Positions 14,467-28,254 of a stretch of 64,000 nt of DNA are shown piece after piece. The notes under the pieces were generated by a model that saw only the letters and a list, made by a program, of their open reading frames with translations, made no database searches and had not been told where the DNA came from. This DNA is from Blastocystis sp. Blastoise. Lineage: Eukaryota > Protista > Bigyra: Opalinata. The stretch covers positions 682,001 to 746,000 of the forward strand of contig JBBPEB010000004.1 of NCBI GenBank assembly GCA_039096225.1, in the 5' to 3' direction. Position 1 is the first letter of the stretch. Every line of letters begins with the position of its first letter. The translations under genes and the position numbers were made by a program.

Positions 14467-15315
14467 TTTCTCTACCTTCTTTGTAAGATTCTAACTCAAA
14501 CAAACTAAAAAAGGTATATTAGAAATCAAGAAAATATATATATAACAACAATATATATAATGAAATTGTCCATTAATGACAAAAAAAGAATTATCCCGTG
14601 ATTCTTTTTCGTTTTCTTACTCGAATTCTAAAATAATTTCGTTATAAGTTTTCAGTAATTGTAATCTTAATAGTTCTCAATTAATAAGGCTTAAAAACAA
14701 AAAATATTTATTTTAAATTGCATTCTTCTTTTTTCTTCAGATAATATATGCTTCAATTAATTGAAACTATTCATTTACAAACTAATCAAATCCATTCTTT
14801 ATTTGCCTATTTACTAATGTTTTTTTTACTACTTATTGACTCCTTAGAATTCAATATGTGAAGCAATTCCACAAATTAGCGTCAAAAAATAGTGAACTCT
14901 ATTTTAAATTAGGAATATCCACATTTACAATATTTCCGAGTAATCAGTGCTTCATGAGTTTTAAGGAAAAAACCAGTATTAGAAAATTTAAAGAAAAGAA
15001 TGGCATTGATGTGAAATGTGTTTATAAACTTGAGCCAATGTCGAGATTATATTCGATTTATATCATAGAAAATAAGAAGATATGATAATATATATATTTC
15101 ATTTATCAAAATTACGTTTTTTAATATATAAAAAATGTTATGGACAAGAAAGTAGTTTAATGTTAGTTAATGAAGGATAAAAAGAAACAAATATGGTGAC
15201 ACTACTTGAAGAAAAAGAATAATAATTTGTTTACTAAGAAATATTAAAATATGTGAATAAATAAAAAAAAATAATCATTAAGAATAATAGCAATATAATC
15301 AAGATAATTAATTAT

Positions 15316-15466
15316 TTAATAATCTTTACTTTTTCTGACAAATTCACTTTTTCGTCGATTATTATTCATACGAGAAAAACTATTATTTTGTTTATTTCCA
15401 CGATTATTTGAGAATGTATTATTAATAAGCGTATTCATATCTGTAATAGAATTCTGAGTACCCATT

Positions 15467-15505
<39 letters not shown>

Positions 15506-18008
15506 GTAGTAGTAGTAGTAGCAGTAGTATTAGTATTATTAATAGTATTAGTACCTAAAGGAAGAGGAGAAATAGGTTGTTCTTTAGTGGTCTCAAAATA
15601 CCCTTTTACAGAAGCAGTCAACTGAGATACTTTTGATTGATCCTATATGTATATATATATATAATGAAAAATAATTATATATATGTATACAAATAGAAAA
15701 ATAGCAATATATAATTTATATGATATTATAATTATATATATAATTATATAATTATTATTATATATATATACAATTCCAAGTAGATTACATAATTGATCTG
15801 TAGAAATATCCTCATCCTATATATATATATTATTAACAATAATAATAAATATAATAATATATCTATATACATCACTATCAAAAGATCTTTCAATACGTTT
15901 TCCATTAACATCTTTTCCATTACCACGGGAATTGTCATCCTCTTGCGAAGAAGAGCCTCTTTTCCCGTGGGTCATGTATGTATCCATATGTTTACGTGAA
16001 TTCTTTAATTCATTCTGTAAGAAATCATTCTGAGAAAGAAGAGATATTTTTTCTTTTAATAATTGCTCATATTGTCGTTGTATCTGTTGTAGTTGACGTC
16101 TATTATCATTATATTTCACTTGATATTCGGACATTTGAACAATGGTATCTATATATATAATATCTTATTATTATTATTATATATATAATGAATAATATCA
16201 TAAGAAATATAATATTTTTCCCAGAATTAATTAATTTATATATATAGATATATATATATACTATTATCATATTTAGCTTTTGTTTCCTTTTCTAGAAGAG
16301 CTCGTTCTTTGTCTATTTTCTCCTTCTCAACCTGTTTCTTTAGATCTTGAATTATACCTTCTTTTTCTTTTACTGTAGATTCTAATCGACGATTCAGCTT
16401 CTTTATCTCTGTCTGAATACTGCTTAATTCATTCTCCTTTTGAGAATACTATATATATAAAGTATTATTTTTTACATATTTCAATAATGCTAAATAAGGC
16501 AAAAGTATATATTTATATCAAAAGTATTGAAATAATAATAATATATATAATATATACAATAATAATATATATAATATATATAATAATAATATATATAATA
16601 TATATAATAATAATAAGTATAATAATAAACATAAATATTATATATACATTAGTTTGAAGGTCTTTAAATTCCCTCCTTCCTTCAGCTAGTTTCTTATAGA
16701 GAACACACAATAAACTATGGGCTTCATCAGCAGAAGTATTACGTAGTTTCGACATTGTATTCTGCTCTTTTTCTAGATCTTGACGTCTTTTATCATTATT
16801 ATTATTCATATTATTATTATTAATAGTAGAAGAAATAGATAGATTTGGACTAATACTATTACGAGAAGGAGATAGTAATGCAGAAGGAGATAGAACAGGA
16901 GATTGGATAGTTCTATTCGAATTCTCTACTTGGATTTGTGTTTCAAGTTCTGTTAAGATAGCATCCATCTCATCATCACTCTCCTCATCGATATCCATCG
17001 TTGGTGGGACACTTCGGCGGGAAGGAACACTATTCTTATTGGAAGAAGTAGAACCTCTGGAAGAGACTACATTTATTGACATTCGTCCATTCCCACGGGA
17101 ATTCGTAGACAATCGTTCATTCATTTTTTGTTGTCGTATTAGCTTTTGTTTTAATGAATTCTTCAGCTTTTCAATTAATCGATCTTTATTTTGATTCTCT
17201 TTCTGTAATTTTATAATAGTATTTTCATATTCTGTTTGTTTCTTCATTTGTTTGTCCATATATTCCGAGTGTTTCTTCTCATCTCGCTGATATTGATATA
17301 ATTTCCCCTTCTCTTCTTTCTCTCTATCTTCCATCTCTTTCAAACGTCTCTTATTCTGCTGTAATTCTTCTAATTTCTGACGTAACACAACACCTTTCTT
17401 CTCATCTTCTCTCTCTAACTTATATATATGACCTTCCTTCAAACGATTCTGACGATTCAATTGGATTATTTCTTTTTGTTTATTCTTTATATCTTCACGA
17501 TGCTGTTTCTGTAATTGCTCCATTTTACGCTGAATAGATACCTATATATTTATATTTATATTTATATTTATATTTATAGTTATATTTATATTTATATTTA
17601 TATTTATATTTATATTTATATTTATATTTATATTTATATTTATATTTATATTTATATTTATAGTTATATTTATATTTATATTTATATTTATATTTATATT
17701 TATATTTATATTTATATTTATATTTATATTTATATTTATATTTATATTTATATTTATATTTATATTTATATTTATATTTATATTTATATTTATATTTATA
17801 TTTATATTTATATTTATATTTATATTTATATTTATATTTATATTTATATTTATATTTATATTTATATTTATATTTATATACTTTTTGTTGTTTCATACTA
17901 TTAATTTCTGTTTCTAATCGTTGAATCTTTGTTATATTTGTGTTCAACTGACGCATCATCAATTCGAACTCTTTTGACTTTTCTTTCAAACTCTGAATAT
18001 CTTTTTCC

Positions 18009-18080
<72 letters not shown>

Positions 18081-18548
18081 ATATTCAATTATATTCAATT
18101 ATATTATATTATATTATATTATATTATATTATATTATATTATATTATATTATATTATATTATATTATATTATATTATATTATATTATATTATATTATATT
18201 ATATTATATTATATTATATTATATTATATATACCTTTTTCTTTAATTCTTCACGAAGTCGTTCTTTGACCTTTTCATTTGCTGATAAAGAAGCCGTATCT
18301 CCCGCGGGAATTTGTGGTTTATTTGTAAGTGCATCTAATTCTTGTTGCAAACGATCTCTTTCTTGTTCCATTTCTTTTGCTTGAATAATAATATCTTCTA
18401 ATTTTTGTTTATATATATTGGATATTGTTTGATATTCTTGTTCCTTCTTCTTTAATTCTATTAGCTCATCCTCACGTGACTTTATACCAATAATCAAGTT
18501 ATTCAACTATACATATAATAATTATAATTATAGAATATATATATAATT

Positions 18549-18593
<45 letters not shown>

Positions 18594-18855
18594 TTGTTCC
18601 TTAATAATGCCTTGTTGCTGTTCCGCTATCTTTTCTACTTCTTGTAATTCAGGAATAGTAGTCCCCTCTATCTCTATCTTCATCTCTATATATATATATA
18701 GATGTATATAGATATGCACAAACAAAAATAAATATAGATATATATATAAACAAAAATATATGAGTATATATGTATAAATAATAATATAAATGTATATATA
18801 TATACCTTCTTGTTCATCACCTATACTAGGTGGATTTGGATTACTATATATACAG

Positions 18856-18887
<32 letters not shown>

Positions 18888-19283
18888 TCATATACTTGAA
18901 GAAAAAGAAATAAATAAACATATATATATCTTTGAGAAAAGATAAATAAATATATATATATATATACTTTAACATATTTTCTATTTTTTGAATACTTTCT
19001 AATTCTAATTCAGTTCTACTTTTCTGTTTCAACTCAAAAAGATTCATTTTATCCGTTAAATTCTGTTGAACAGATGCTTCATTGAGGGTTATATAATGAT
19101 TTAATTTCTCATCACGTGATTGTAACTCTGATTTTAAGTGCGTCACTTCATTTATGTATCGTGATACAATCTATATATGTATATAATATAATCAATATTA
19201 GAGATTTATATATATATATATAGTGTATATAATACATCTAATTTTTCTTTTTGTTCAGGACTCATTTCAATATCCATAGAAGT

Positions 19284-19342
<59 letters not shown>

Positions 19343-19464
19343 CCTGCAGCTATTTCCATTTGTGCTTTAAGTATAGCATTTTCTGCGTGTAGCTCTTCAA
19401 TTTGTTTCTTATAATAATCTTCTTTTTCTTTTAACTCATTTATTGTATTCTCATATTCCTGTTG

Positions 19465-19505
<41 letters not shown>

Positions 19506-22006
19506 AATAGAAAGAATATGTTAAGAAACCATAATATAAAATAAGTATAATAATAACCATATATACATATATATATACTTTTGTATCAATTAACTCTCCT
19601 GTCACTTCACTATAACGTTGTTCATATACTTTCTCATTCGTACCATCTATATATATAATATAAATATAACTATTAATATTAAATATATAATTGAATATAA
19701 ATAAAACTATTAATATTAAAAATATATAATATAATATAAAACTATTAATATTAAATATATATAATTGAATATAAATAAAACTATTAATACTAAATATATA
19801 TAATATAATATAAATGAAACTCTTATTATTAAATATATATATATATATACCCAAACTAGTACCTCGTTGAGATAATTCTTTTCGTAAATATTCAATTTCT
19901 TTACGTAACTATATATATATAAATAACATAAAAATAACATAAAATAACATAAAAATAACATAAAAAAAACATAAAATAACATAAAATAACACATAAAAAT
20001 AACATTTAAAATAACATAAAATAACATATAAAAACACATAAAATAATATATGAATAATATATACAGCAGCAATAATGCAGCTATCTTTATCTTTGTTCTT
20101 CACAGGTTTATTATGAATATTCTTAGCACTATTGGCATATCGAAGAGAACTCATCGATTCCCCAAGGGAATCTGAGGCGGGACTAAAGGGCGGGAAATTA
20201 ATATTATTTAATTAAAAGAATATATATATAAAATAAAATAATAGTCAAAAAAAGAGTATAGTAAATAGTAATATATAGAATAGATGTAATAATTTATGAT
20301 ACTATATATATTATATATAATATACCTAACACATGCAATCATAAGTGTACGTGCATTTCCCCCAAGAGCGTCCATAAGAAGACGAGTTAATTTACTTTCT
20401 CGGTAGGGGACATGACTATATTTAAATGCATATAAAAAAACAAAATTAAAAGATAAATTTTAAAAATTATTATTTATAGATCAAATACAGATTGAATAAA
20501 TTTATATATATTTATTATCAAACATAATTCTTATTAAGAATAAAATAATATACCTTCCTTTCTTCTTTTCATCTCCTAAAGCACTAATAACTTTCCCTAA
20601 AGCAAATAATCCTTGATTAATATTAATTCCCTCTTTAAAACGTTGACCTGCGGCTTGAGTACGACCGGCTCTTTCACTTCCCGCCAAATCTACAAAATGA
20701 AATTTACATTGGCGGGTTTCTGTTGGAGGGGAATTATCTTCATCATCAACTTTATAAATATAATAAAAATAAATATAATAAATATAATATAATAAATATA
20801 ATATAATAAAAATAAATATAATATAATAAATATAATAAATATAATAAATATAATATAATAAATATAATAATAAAAAATATAATAAATATAATAATAAAAA
20901 TAACATGATAAAAAATATGTTTATAATAAGCAAAAATAGCATAATATTTAAATACAATACAATATAATACACTATACTATAAATTATTTAAAAAAGCTAG
21001 TTTATTAATAATAATAATTGTTATATATTATTACAATATACTTTGCATAGCTTCTTGATTCTCATTGATTCCTTCTATATCTTGTTTCTCTATAGGTAAT
21101 TCTTGATCTATATATACAGTAAATACAGCATGACTTCGACTACTATATAGATTCATATTCGTTCTCCCTGTACTTCTGCACATGCTTCCTTTTTCTAATA
21201 AAGATTGTAACTCTTCAGCCGTTGTAACACGTTTTAATTCTTGACCAATCACTTGAACATTTCCATCATCATCACTTCGAATAATAACTTCTTTCGTTTC
21301 ATTGGCTGATGGATCTAATAAATCACGTACGGTTTCTCCATAGAGTTCTAAGAAAGAAACACGAATTGCAATTTCACTTGTAGGATATTTCTCTTCAATT
21401 TGTTTCTTACGATTAAATACATCTGTAATAAATCGAGGAATAACACCTACATCAGAAGAAGAAGACACAAAACCAGTTGTACCCATAGTATAAGTCTTTC
21501 CGGAACCAGTTTGACCATAAGCTAATACTATAAGCGATATATAGAGTATAATGATTTAAAAATATATTCAAAAAACAATTTTCAGGTAAAGATAAACATA
21601 AAACATCAATAATTAAAACTATTTTATAAAAATCTCAAATACTCATGAATTCTATATATATACATACCTGTTGCATTATATCCTTCATAAGCACTATCAA
21701 CTAGTGGACTAATGCATTCATTATATAGTTGTTCCTGAGATATCTCAGGTCCTAATGCATAATTAAATGTAAATTTTTGATCATCTCCTTTATCAATATA
21801 CACCTATAGTCTTATATAACACCATGAATCAGAATTAAACATACTTCATTTGATTTAGGATTAGCATGGATTACAATATCTGCTGTTGTTCGCTCGCGAG
21901 ATATCAAAGGACGAACTATATGAACTCCATAAATAATTATTATTAAGTACATACTACGAACGGCAACTTTAACACAATCTGTACCTAATGGTGAATCAGA
22001 CGACAT
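15316..22006 (-). CDS. Kinesin-4 family (KIF4/KIF21/KIF27-like) motor protein, about 19 exons
   Basis: [88 protein letters not shown], long coiled-coil stalk. All traced introns are GT-AG and in frame. Confidence 0.93.
17545..17880. repeat. Intronic (TATATT)n hexamer microsatellite
   Basis: Fills kinesin intron 17542-17881; source of the YIYI/KYKY pseudo-ORFs. Confidence 0.95.
18012..18231. repeat. Intronic compound (TA)n + (ATATT)n microsatellite
   Basis: Direct reading of kinesin intron 18011-18233. Confidence 0.9.
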
Positions 22007-22725
22007 ATTTTTGTCTTTTCTTTATTGTTTCTTAATTTAAGTAGTTTTTTTAGATGTGAATCTAAGATTATTCTCAAAAAAGAAATAATATCAATATTTA
22101 AAAAACAATTCAAAATAGAAAGAACTTGAAATTCGATTCCCAGACTTTTTGCAGAATGTTCAGTCTATTTTTCAATTTATTTGTCGAACTGTTTTATTTT
22201 TATAATTCATACTTCTTTGTCATTTCTATCAATTCCTTTGAGGAATTGAATAAGAGAAGGTAATATCAGTGACTTTTTTATTTTGTCTCTTTAAAGAAAT
22301 AATATTATCAGCGACACTATACAAAATGATGTTCACATTTATTGAGAAAACAGCTTTTTTCTATTATCTTTAGGTCCTCGTTTTTCCATTGTTGAGGTTA
22401 GGGTTACAAGAAATATGAGAAATAATCATTTGAAGAGAAGTTGTCAGAAATATATATAATTTGCTGTTGTTACTGCTATAGGTATTTTAGGTTTTTCTGC
22501 AAAACAATGTTCTTAAAAATAACACGCAGATTATAACAAGGAAACATGAAAAAGTATAAAAAAAGTAAAAAGATTAGCATGAATAATTCAAGAAATGCAT
22601 TTAATAAATAAATAAAACTAAAATCATTCTAGAATAAAATATTTAAAAAAATCATAATTGTGACTGACCCCATTGAAAAGCATATGATATATATATATAT
22701 AAATAATAATAATTAAGAATAGGAA

Positions 22726-25700
22726 TTAATATGGATATGAGCAAATACATAGCCTCTGTTTAGATTCTTCAGAATATTGGCAATAATGAAGATTTAATTC
22801 TTTATGTATAAAGCATTTATTATTTATACCATAGATTTGTTTATCAAATAAAGATATATATTGATCTATAATCTTTTGTGAGTTTTTATTATTCTGATTC
22901 AACCGAATATAATTATTGAGTTGATTATAATCATATTCACAAGAAGGAACATCCATACTCACCTATATACACAATTAAAATATTAATGATATATATATAT
23001 ATTACATTACTTTGTTAAAATATATAATAAAAAGTAGCATATATAGATATATAAACAACTTTTTTTAACTATAAACATTTATAATTTCTAATGATATATG
23101 TAATACACAAACTTAATATATATAATATATATATACACCATAATCATATCCAAGTTGACAACCAAAGAAATCAGATAAAATATTAAAATTCATGATATAA
23201 TTGAATAGTGAACTATCACATGTAAAACGATTGGATAGCTTTCCTCGAAATGTTGAAATAGTATTTAATGTATCACATGCATAATCACATGATTGGCCAA
23301 GAGGAGTTTGGATGATTACAGAATAAGAAGTTTGTGCTGGTCGAAACTATATATAGAAAATATATAGTATTAAGAATTCGTATAATATAATAATGATAAA
23401 CATTAAAAATATCTATATATATATATATATGTATATATAAATATATATATACGATAAGAGGTAAATAGGAAGAGAGTTGTTTATGAATTAAATAGATAGC
23501 AGTTTGTTTATAATTAAAAATGAAAACGTAATGATGATGACCTCTGAATTGTAATGGAAACATATTATATTGCTGAGCAATTTGGAGATAGTCCTATATA
23601 TATAATTAATTCAATTCAATAATAGTTATAATAAAAATAAAAATGATATAATATTGTATATAAAGCAAATAAAAGCATCCATATAAATAAAATGAAAACA
23701 TAGCAAATATATACAGGATCATCAAAAGAAAGGAGATAAATTGTGGGTTCAGAAAAAAGAGATATCTTATTTATAGAATGTATAGATAACAAAGCAGCAT
23801 TGTTAATATTATAAATAAGACTTTTCTCATAATTATCAGAAAGCAAATAACTAATGTCACCAAAGTTAATAGACTAGAATAAGGTATATAGAGTAGAAAT
23901 TAATTACAACTTATTTAAAATATATGATAAAAAAATAATAATAATAAAGCAAATAAATGAATAAAAATAATAATAATAATAAAAAATGAATGAAATTTTA
24001 AATAATTAATAAAAAGAAAACAATAATAAAAAGCAAAACAAAACATATAAAACACTAATAGCAAAAATAGAATACTGTATAAAATAATAAACAGATACTT
24101 CATTCGATTGAGATACAGGATATTCTGAATATAAAATATTTTGTTTCCCTTGGGAATGAGCAGCTTTTGTAGAATGCATATGATATACACGTGGAGACAC
24201 TGGATAAATACATTCTTTATCAGCTAATATAGGGAGAACACGAAGAAGATTATCCCATCCTAATATAGAGAATACATAGTCATATAGATATTATTTGGAG
24301 TAGTAATATATAGGATGAAATCAATGATATTTATATAGAAATTAAAAATAAATTATTATAATTCCATATAATACTAAAAATTAATCATTAAAATAATTGA
24401 ATAAATAGACATAAATAATGATTATTGAGATATTCAATATGAAACAGAAATGATTGTAGCATATAAGAATATACCTCCTGCAGCTTTCTCAAGCCATTGC
24501 TTCTCTATTTGTTCATATATAAAAGAAGGAAGCATCCATCCTAAACCGGGAAAGAATTGTGTTCTCTTCGCACGTGTCGTATACCATGGAGTGTCTTGAG
24601 ATTCAGAAAGGCTAAAAAGAAAAGAATAAGAATACTTTTAGAAATATAAAAAAAGAGATAGGAAGGCAAGATTATGTTTTATATATCGGTGTAATTTATA
24701 TCATATTGAATAAATAAAAGAGAAATTAATGGATATATAATTTATAAAAGTGAGAAAAGAAAGTATATATTAAAATGGATAAAAAAAAACATTAAAAAAA
24801 TATTATTATAGGATATTAAATAATAAAAATATTAATATATAAATAGTTACGCGTTATCATTCCAAGCAGAAATACACCATAATGACGAATCTTGATAGAG
24901 AAGAGAAGTCATTGTTTCGAAATACTTCAAGAAATCTTTCGATACATAGAGATCATCTTCTAGGAAAATAACTTCTGAATGATGTTTCATTCGAAATAAT
25001 TCATGAAATAGAAATGTGTAATGATCCATGATACGTTGATTAATATTTTTATTCTGTTTGTATTCATTGGGAACAACGAGAATCTCTTGTATATTATAAG
25101 GAGGTTCCATATATTGTATCACATTCTATATAGAAATTTAAGATATATAGAAATGCTATTAGAGTTACTATAAATTGTCTTTAGAACAAAATATTAAAAT
25201 GTAAAAGAATAAATTGATAAGATGTATCAAGATAAATATATCATAAACAATTAATTATTAGTTATTATATATGCATAGAGAAGGAATAAAAAGATAACAT
25301 ATATAAAACAAACAAAAATATATATACTTCTGGTTGTATGGCGTCACATCCAAGAGAAAGATAAACATTATATTTTGGATAGGAAGAGAGAGAGGATAAT
25401 TGAGTTATAACTTGTTGTAAATACTTTATTTTATTACATGTGATGATAACAATAGCTGGATTTGTCATCATATAAGGATGTAATGGAGACTCGTTAATAA
25501 TATATCGTTCAGGACCAAATGAAATAGTATTATAATCATCAATATTTATTGTTTGAGAAATATCCGTAGAAGAAGGATAATAATCTTCTAAACTCTTAAC
25601 ATAGCGATGAGAATCAATAAAATCTCTTATTTGTTTAATATCTTCATTGGAATTCTTCACTTGTCGCAATCGTGTTAGAACATCATCAACAGAATGAGGC

Positions 25701-26121
25701 TTTCTTTTTAATTTATCCTTCTTTATTTTATTCTTCAATTCATTCTGTGAATCTCTCATATCTATATAATATTATATTAACGAAAAAAGCAAAAAAGCAA
25801 AAAAATGAGCTTACGATGTGTAGTATCATTAGTTATAATAAAATCCTTAGAAAGAGAAGATCGATCTGATTGATGTATATCTTTAATTTTATTCAAAGAT
25901 ATCTCAGATTTTGAAAAATTCAAGAAAACCCTATATATTCATTATAATTAGATTTGGAAACAATCGATAATGTTTGAATCATACGCAAAGTTAAATGTAA
26001 CTAAAGTTCCAAGAATCAGTACAGTAATAGCAATTGTTCTTGTAACGTAACTCTATAAAAAAACAAAATAAAATAAATATTATATATATCTTTTCCTATA
26101 TAAACAAAATACTAATCTCAT
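22726..26121 (-). CDS. GT13-family N-acetylglucosaminyltransferase (GnT-I/POMGnT1-like), type II membrane protein with Cys-rich C-terminal domain
   Basis: Signal anchor TIAITVLILGTLVTFNFAVFL, AIVIITCNK, VIFLEDDL, DSSLWCISAWNDN, RTQFFPGLGWML, GWDNLLR, ECIYPVSPRVYH; about 9 exons joined in frame. Confidence 0.88.
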
Positions 26122-26753
26122 TGTCTGTTTTTAATAAATAAGAAGTAAACAACGAAGTAATAAAACATCATTTCAGACTCTTTCAGTTTAAGCTGAAACT
26201 CATTTTCATTTTTCTTTATTATACCTAAATAGCTTTAAAAATGAAAGAACATTAAACTGGTTTATTTGATAGATGATTTGGCATTCAATAAGATATTATC
26301 AAAGGATAATTTGAGAATGATACGTCTTAAAAAAAATTATGAGTTAGAATTATTCTACAATTTATTATGTACTTGAATCATACAAATAATAATGTTAATA
26401 GAAAAATAGCACAAAGGATTAATTGGGGTATATGAAAAATTACACAATATAAGTCTATTTATCTTAATATACATCGTGTTTACTGTGCATGCATACATCT
26501 TTAACTTGTAGAAATAGAATAAATAAGTATTAAAAGCATTTTTCTAATAAAGAATCATACTGGAAGTTCTGGATAGTAAACTATTGGTTGAACAAAAATT
26601 TTAAGAAAGCTTATGGTTTACTTGATATTTGGACGAATCAAAGAGTTTCCTAATGAAAAGCCTTAATTTCTTCAGATAAAAATCAAAAGAACATGTAAGA
26701 AATGTTTTGAAAAGTCAATCTCTAGAAAAATAATTGTTTTTATAAATTTGAAA

Positions 26754-28254
26754 ATGAAGTTTGCTTTCGTTTTATTTGCTTTATTTGCTTTAGTCAACGC
26801 TTCTCTCGTTAAGCTTGATGGTAATAATTTTGATGATGTTGTAGGTCAGGATCTCCCTGTTTTCATTAAATTCTTCGCTCCTGTATTTATTTATTGAATA
26901 GCCATATATTTATTTATATATTTATTATTAGTGGTGTGGTCATTGTAAACATTTAGCTCCTACTTGGGAACAACTTGCTGACATCTTTACTGAAAAGTAT
27001 ATTTATATATGTTTATTTATTAATTTGTTTTTCGTGTTGTATATTCATGTATTATGATTTTAAAAATATATTTATATAACAAAATGTTTATCAATAGGGA
27101 TGGTGTTATTATTGCTGAAGTTGATGCTGATGGTGAAAAGGATTTAGCTCAAAGATTTGGAATTCAAGGCTATCCTACTCTTAAGTATTTCCCTAAGAAC
27201 GAAGCTGATAAACCAATTGATTACAATCAAGGTAGAGAAATTAACGATTTAGTTAAATTTGTTAACGAACAAACTGGTATGTTAATTATTTATATAGAAT
27301 ATATTTATATATTTTTCTATTAATTTATAATACTTATATTATTATTATTATATATAGGTATGTTAATTATTTATATAGAATATATTTATATATTTTTCTA
27401 TTAATTTATAATACTTATATTATTATTATTATTATTATATATAGGTCTTCATAAAGTTGTTAAAGAACCTTTCAATCCTGTTACTATTTTAACTCCTGAT
27501 AATTTCCAATCTACAATTGATAATAAACCTTTTGTTTTTATCAAATTCTATGCTCCTTGGTGTGGTCACTGTAAAGCTCTTGCTCCTAAATGGATTGAAT
27601 TAGCTAAAGTTTTCTCAGAAGAAGCTGATGTATGTATTTGTTATTATTATTATTATTATTTTTTTTTTTTTTTTTTTTTTGCTATATTATTTTATTTACT
27701 TTAATTATTTTTTTATATACTTATTATATAAAATAAAGTATTTATAATAATATTGGTTACATATTCTTCTATAGGTTGTTATTGCTGAACTTGATGCTGA
27801 TAAATATCATGATATTGGTCAAAAATTTGGTGTTACTGGTTTCCCTACTATTAAATTCTTCAAGAATGGTGAAGTTATTGATTATAATGGTGCTCGTGAT
27901 GTTGATGCTTTAGTTGAATTTGTCAATACTAATGCTGGTACTCAAAGAAATGTCGATGGTAGCATAAAACCTGAATATGGTGTTGTTGAAGAATTTGATG
28001 AAATCATTAAATCTTTCCCTGATATCACTGAAAAACATTTAGAACAAGCTAAAGAAATTGCCAGTAACCTTGAAGGTAAAGCTAAAGAATTTGGTAAGAT
28101 CTATGTTGCTTTAATTAAAAAGATTGTTGCCAATGGTGCTGCTTATGTTGATAAAGAAAAGACTCGTGTTGGTAAATTAATTCAATCTGATTCTATTAAC
28201 TCCCTTAAGAAAGCATCTTTCCGTATTCGTCAAAATATTCTTAATAAATTCTAA
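26754..28254 (+). CDS. Protein disulfide isomerase, a-a'-D type (two WCGHC thioredoxin domains plus ERp29-like C-terminal helical domain)
   Basis: Signal peptide [16 protein letters not shown]; FFAP|[10 protein letters not shown] and [14 protein letters not shown]; ends [10 protein letters not shown] with no KDEL. Exons 26754-26882, 26932-26996, 27098-27276, 27445-27629, 27775-28254. Confidence 0.95.
27277..27444 (+). repeat. Two near-identical complete GT-AG introns in direct tandem (27277-27357 and 27358-27444) with no exon between
   Basis: Both copies run GTATGTTAATTATTTATATAGAATA...TATATATAG and differ only by two extra TAT units in copy 2. Confidence 0.92.

Noticed and set aside
14858-15085. 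75-aa intergenic ORF
   Set aside because: Non-ATG start, no motif, no spliceable partner exons found.
17515-18384. YIYI/KYKY/YYIIL repeat ORFs (also poly-N, poly-I, poly-Y and poly-L ORFs at 33224, 37107, 40336-40938)
   Set aside because: They are translations of intronic microsatellites lying between GT and AG boundaries of exons that join in frame.
22570-22581. AAGATTAGCATG resembling part of U6 snRNA
   Set aside because: No ACAGAG box upstream and no internal stem-loop downstream; chance match.
28200-28254. PDI lacking KDEL/HDEL
   Set aside because: Normal for a-a'-D type PDIs with an ERp29-like C-terminal domain.
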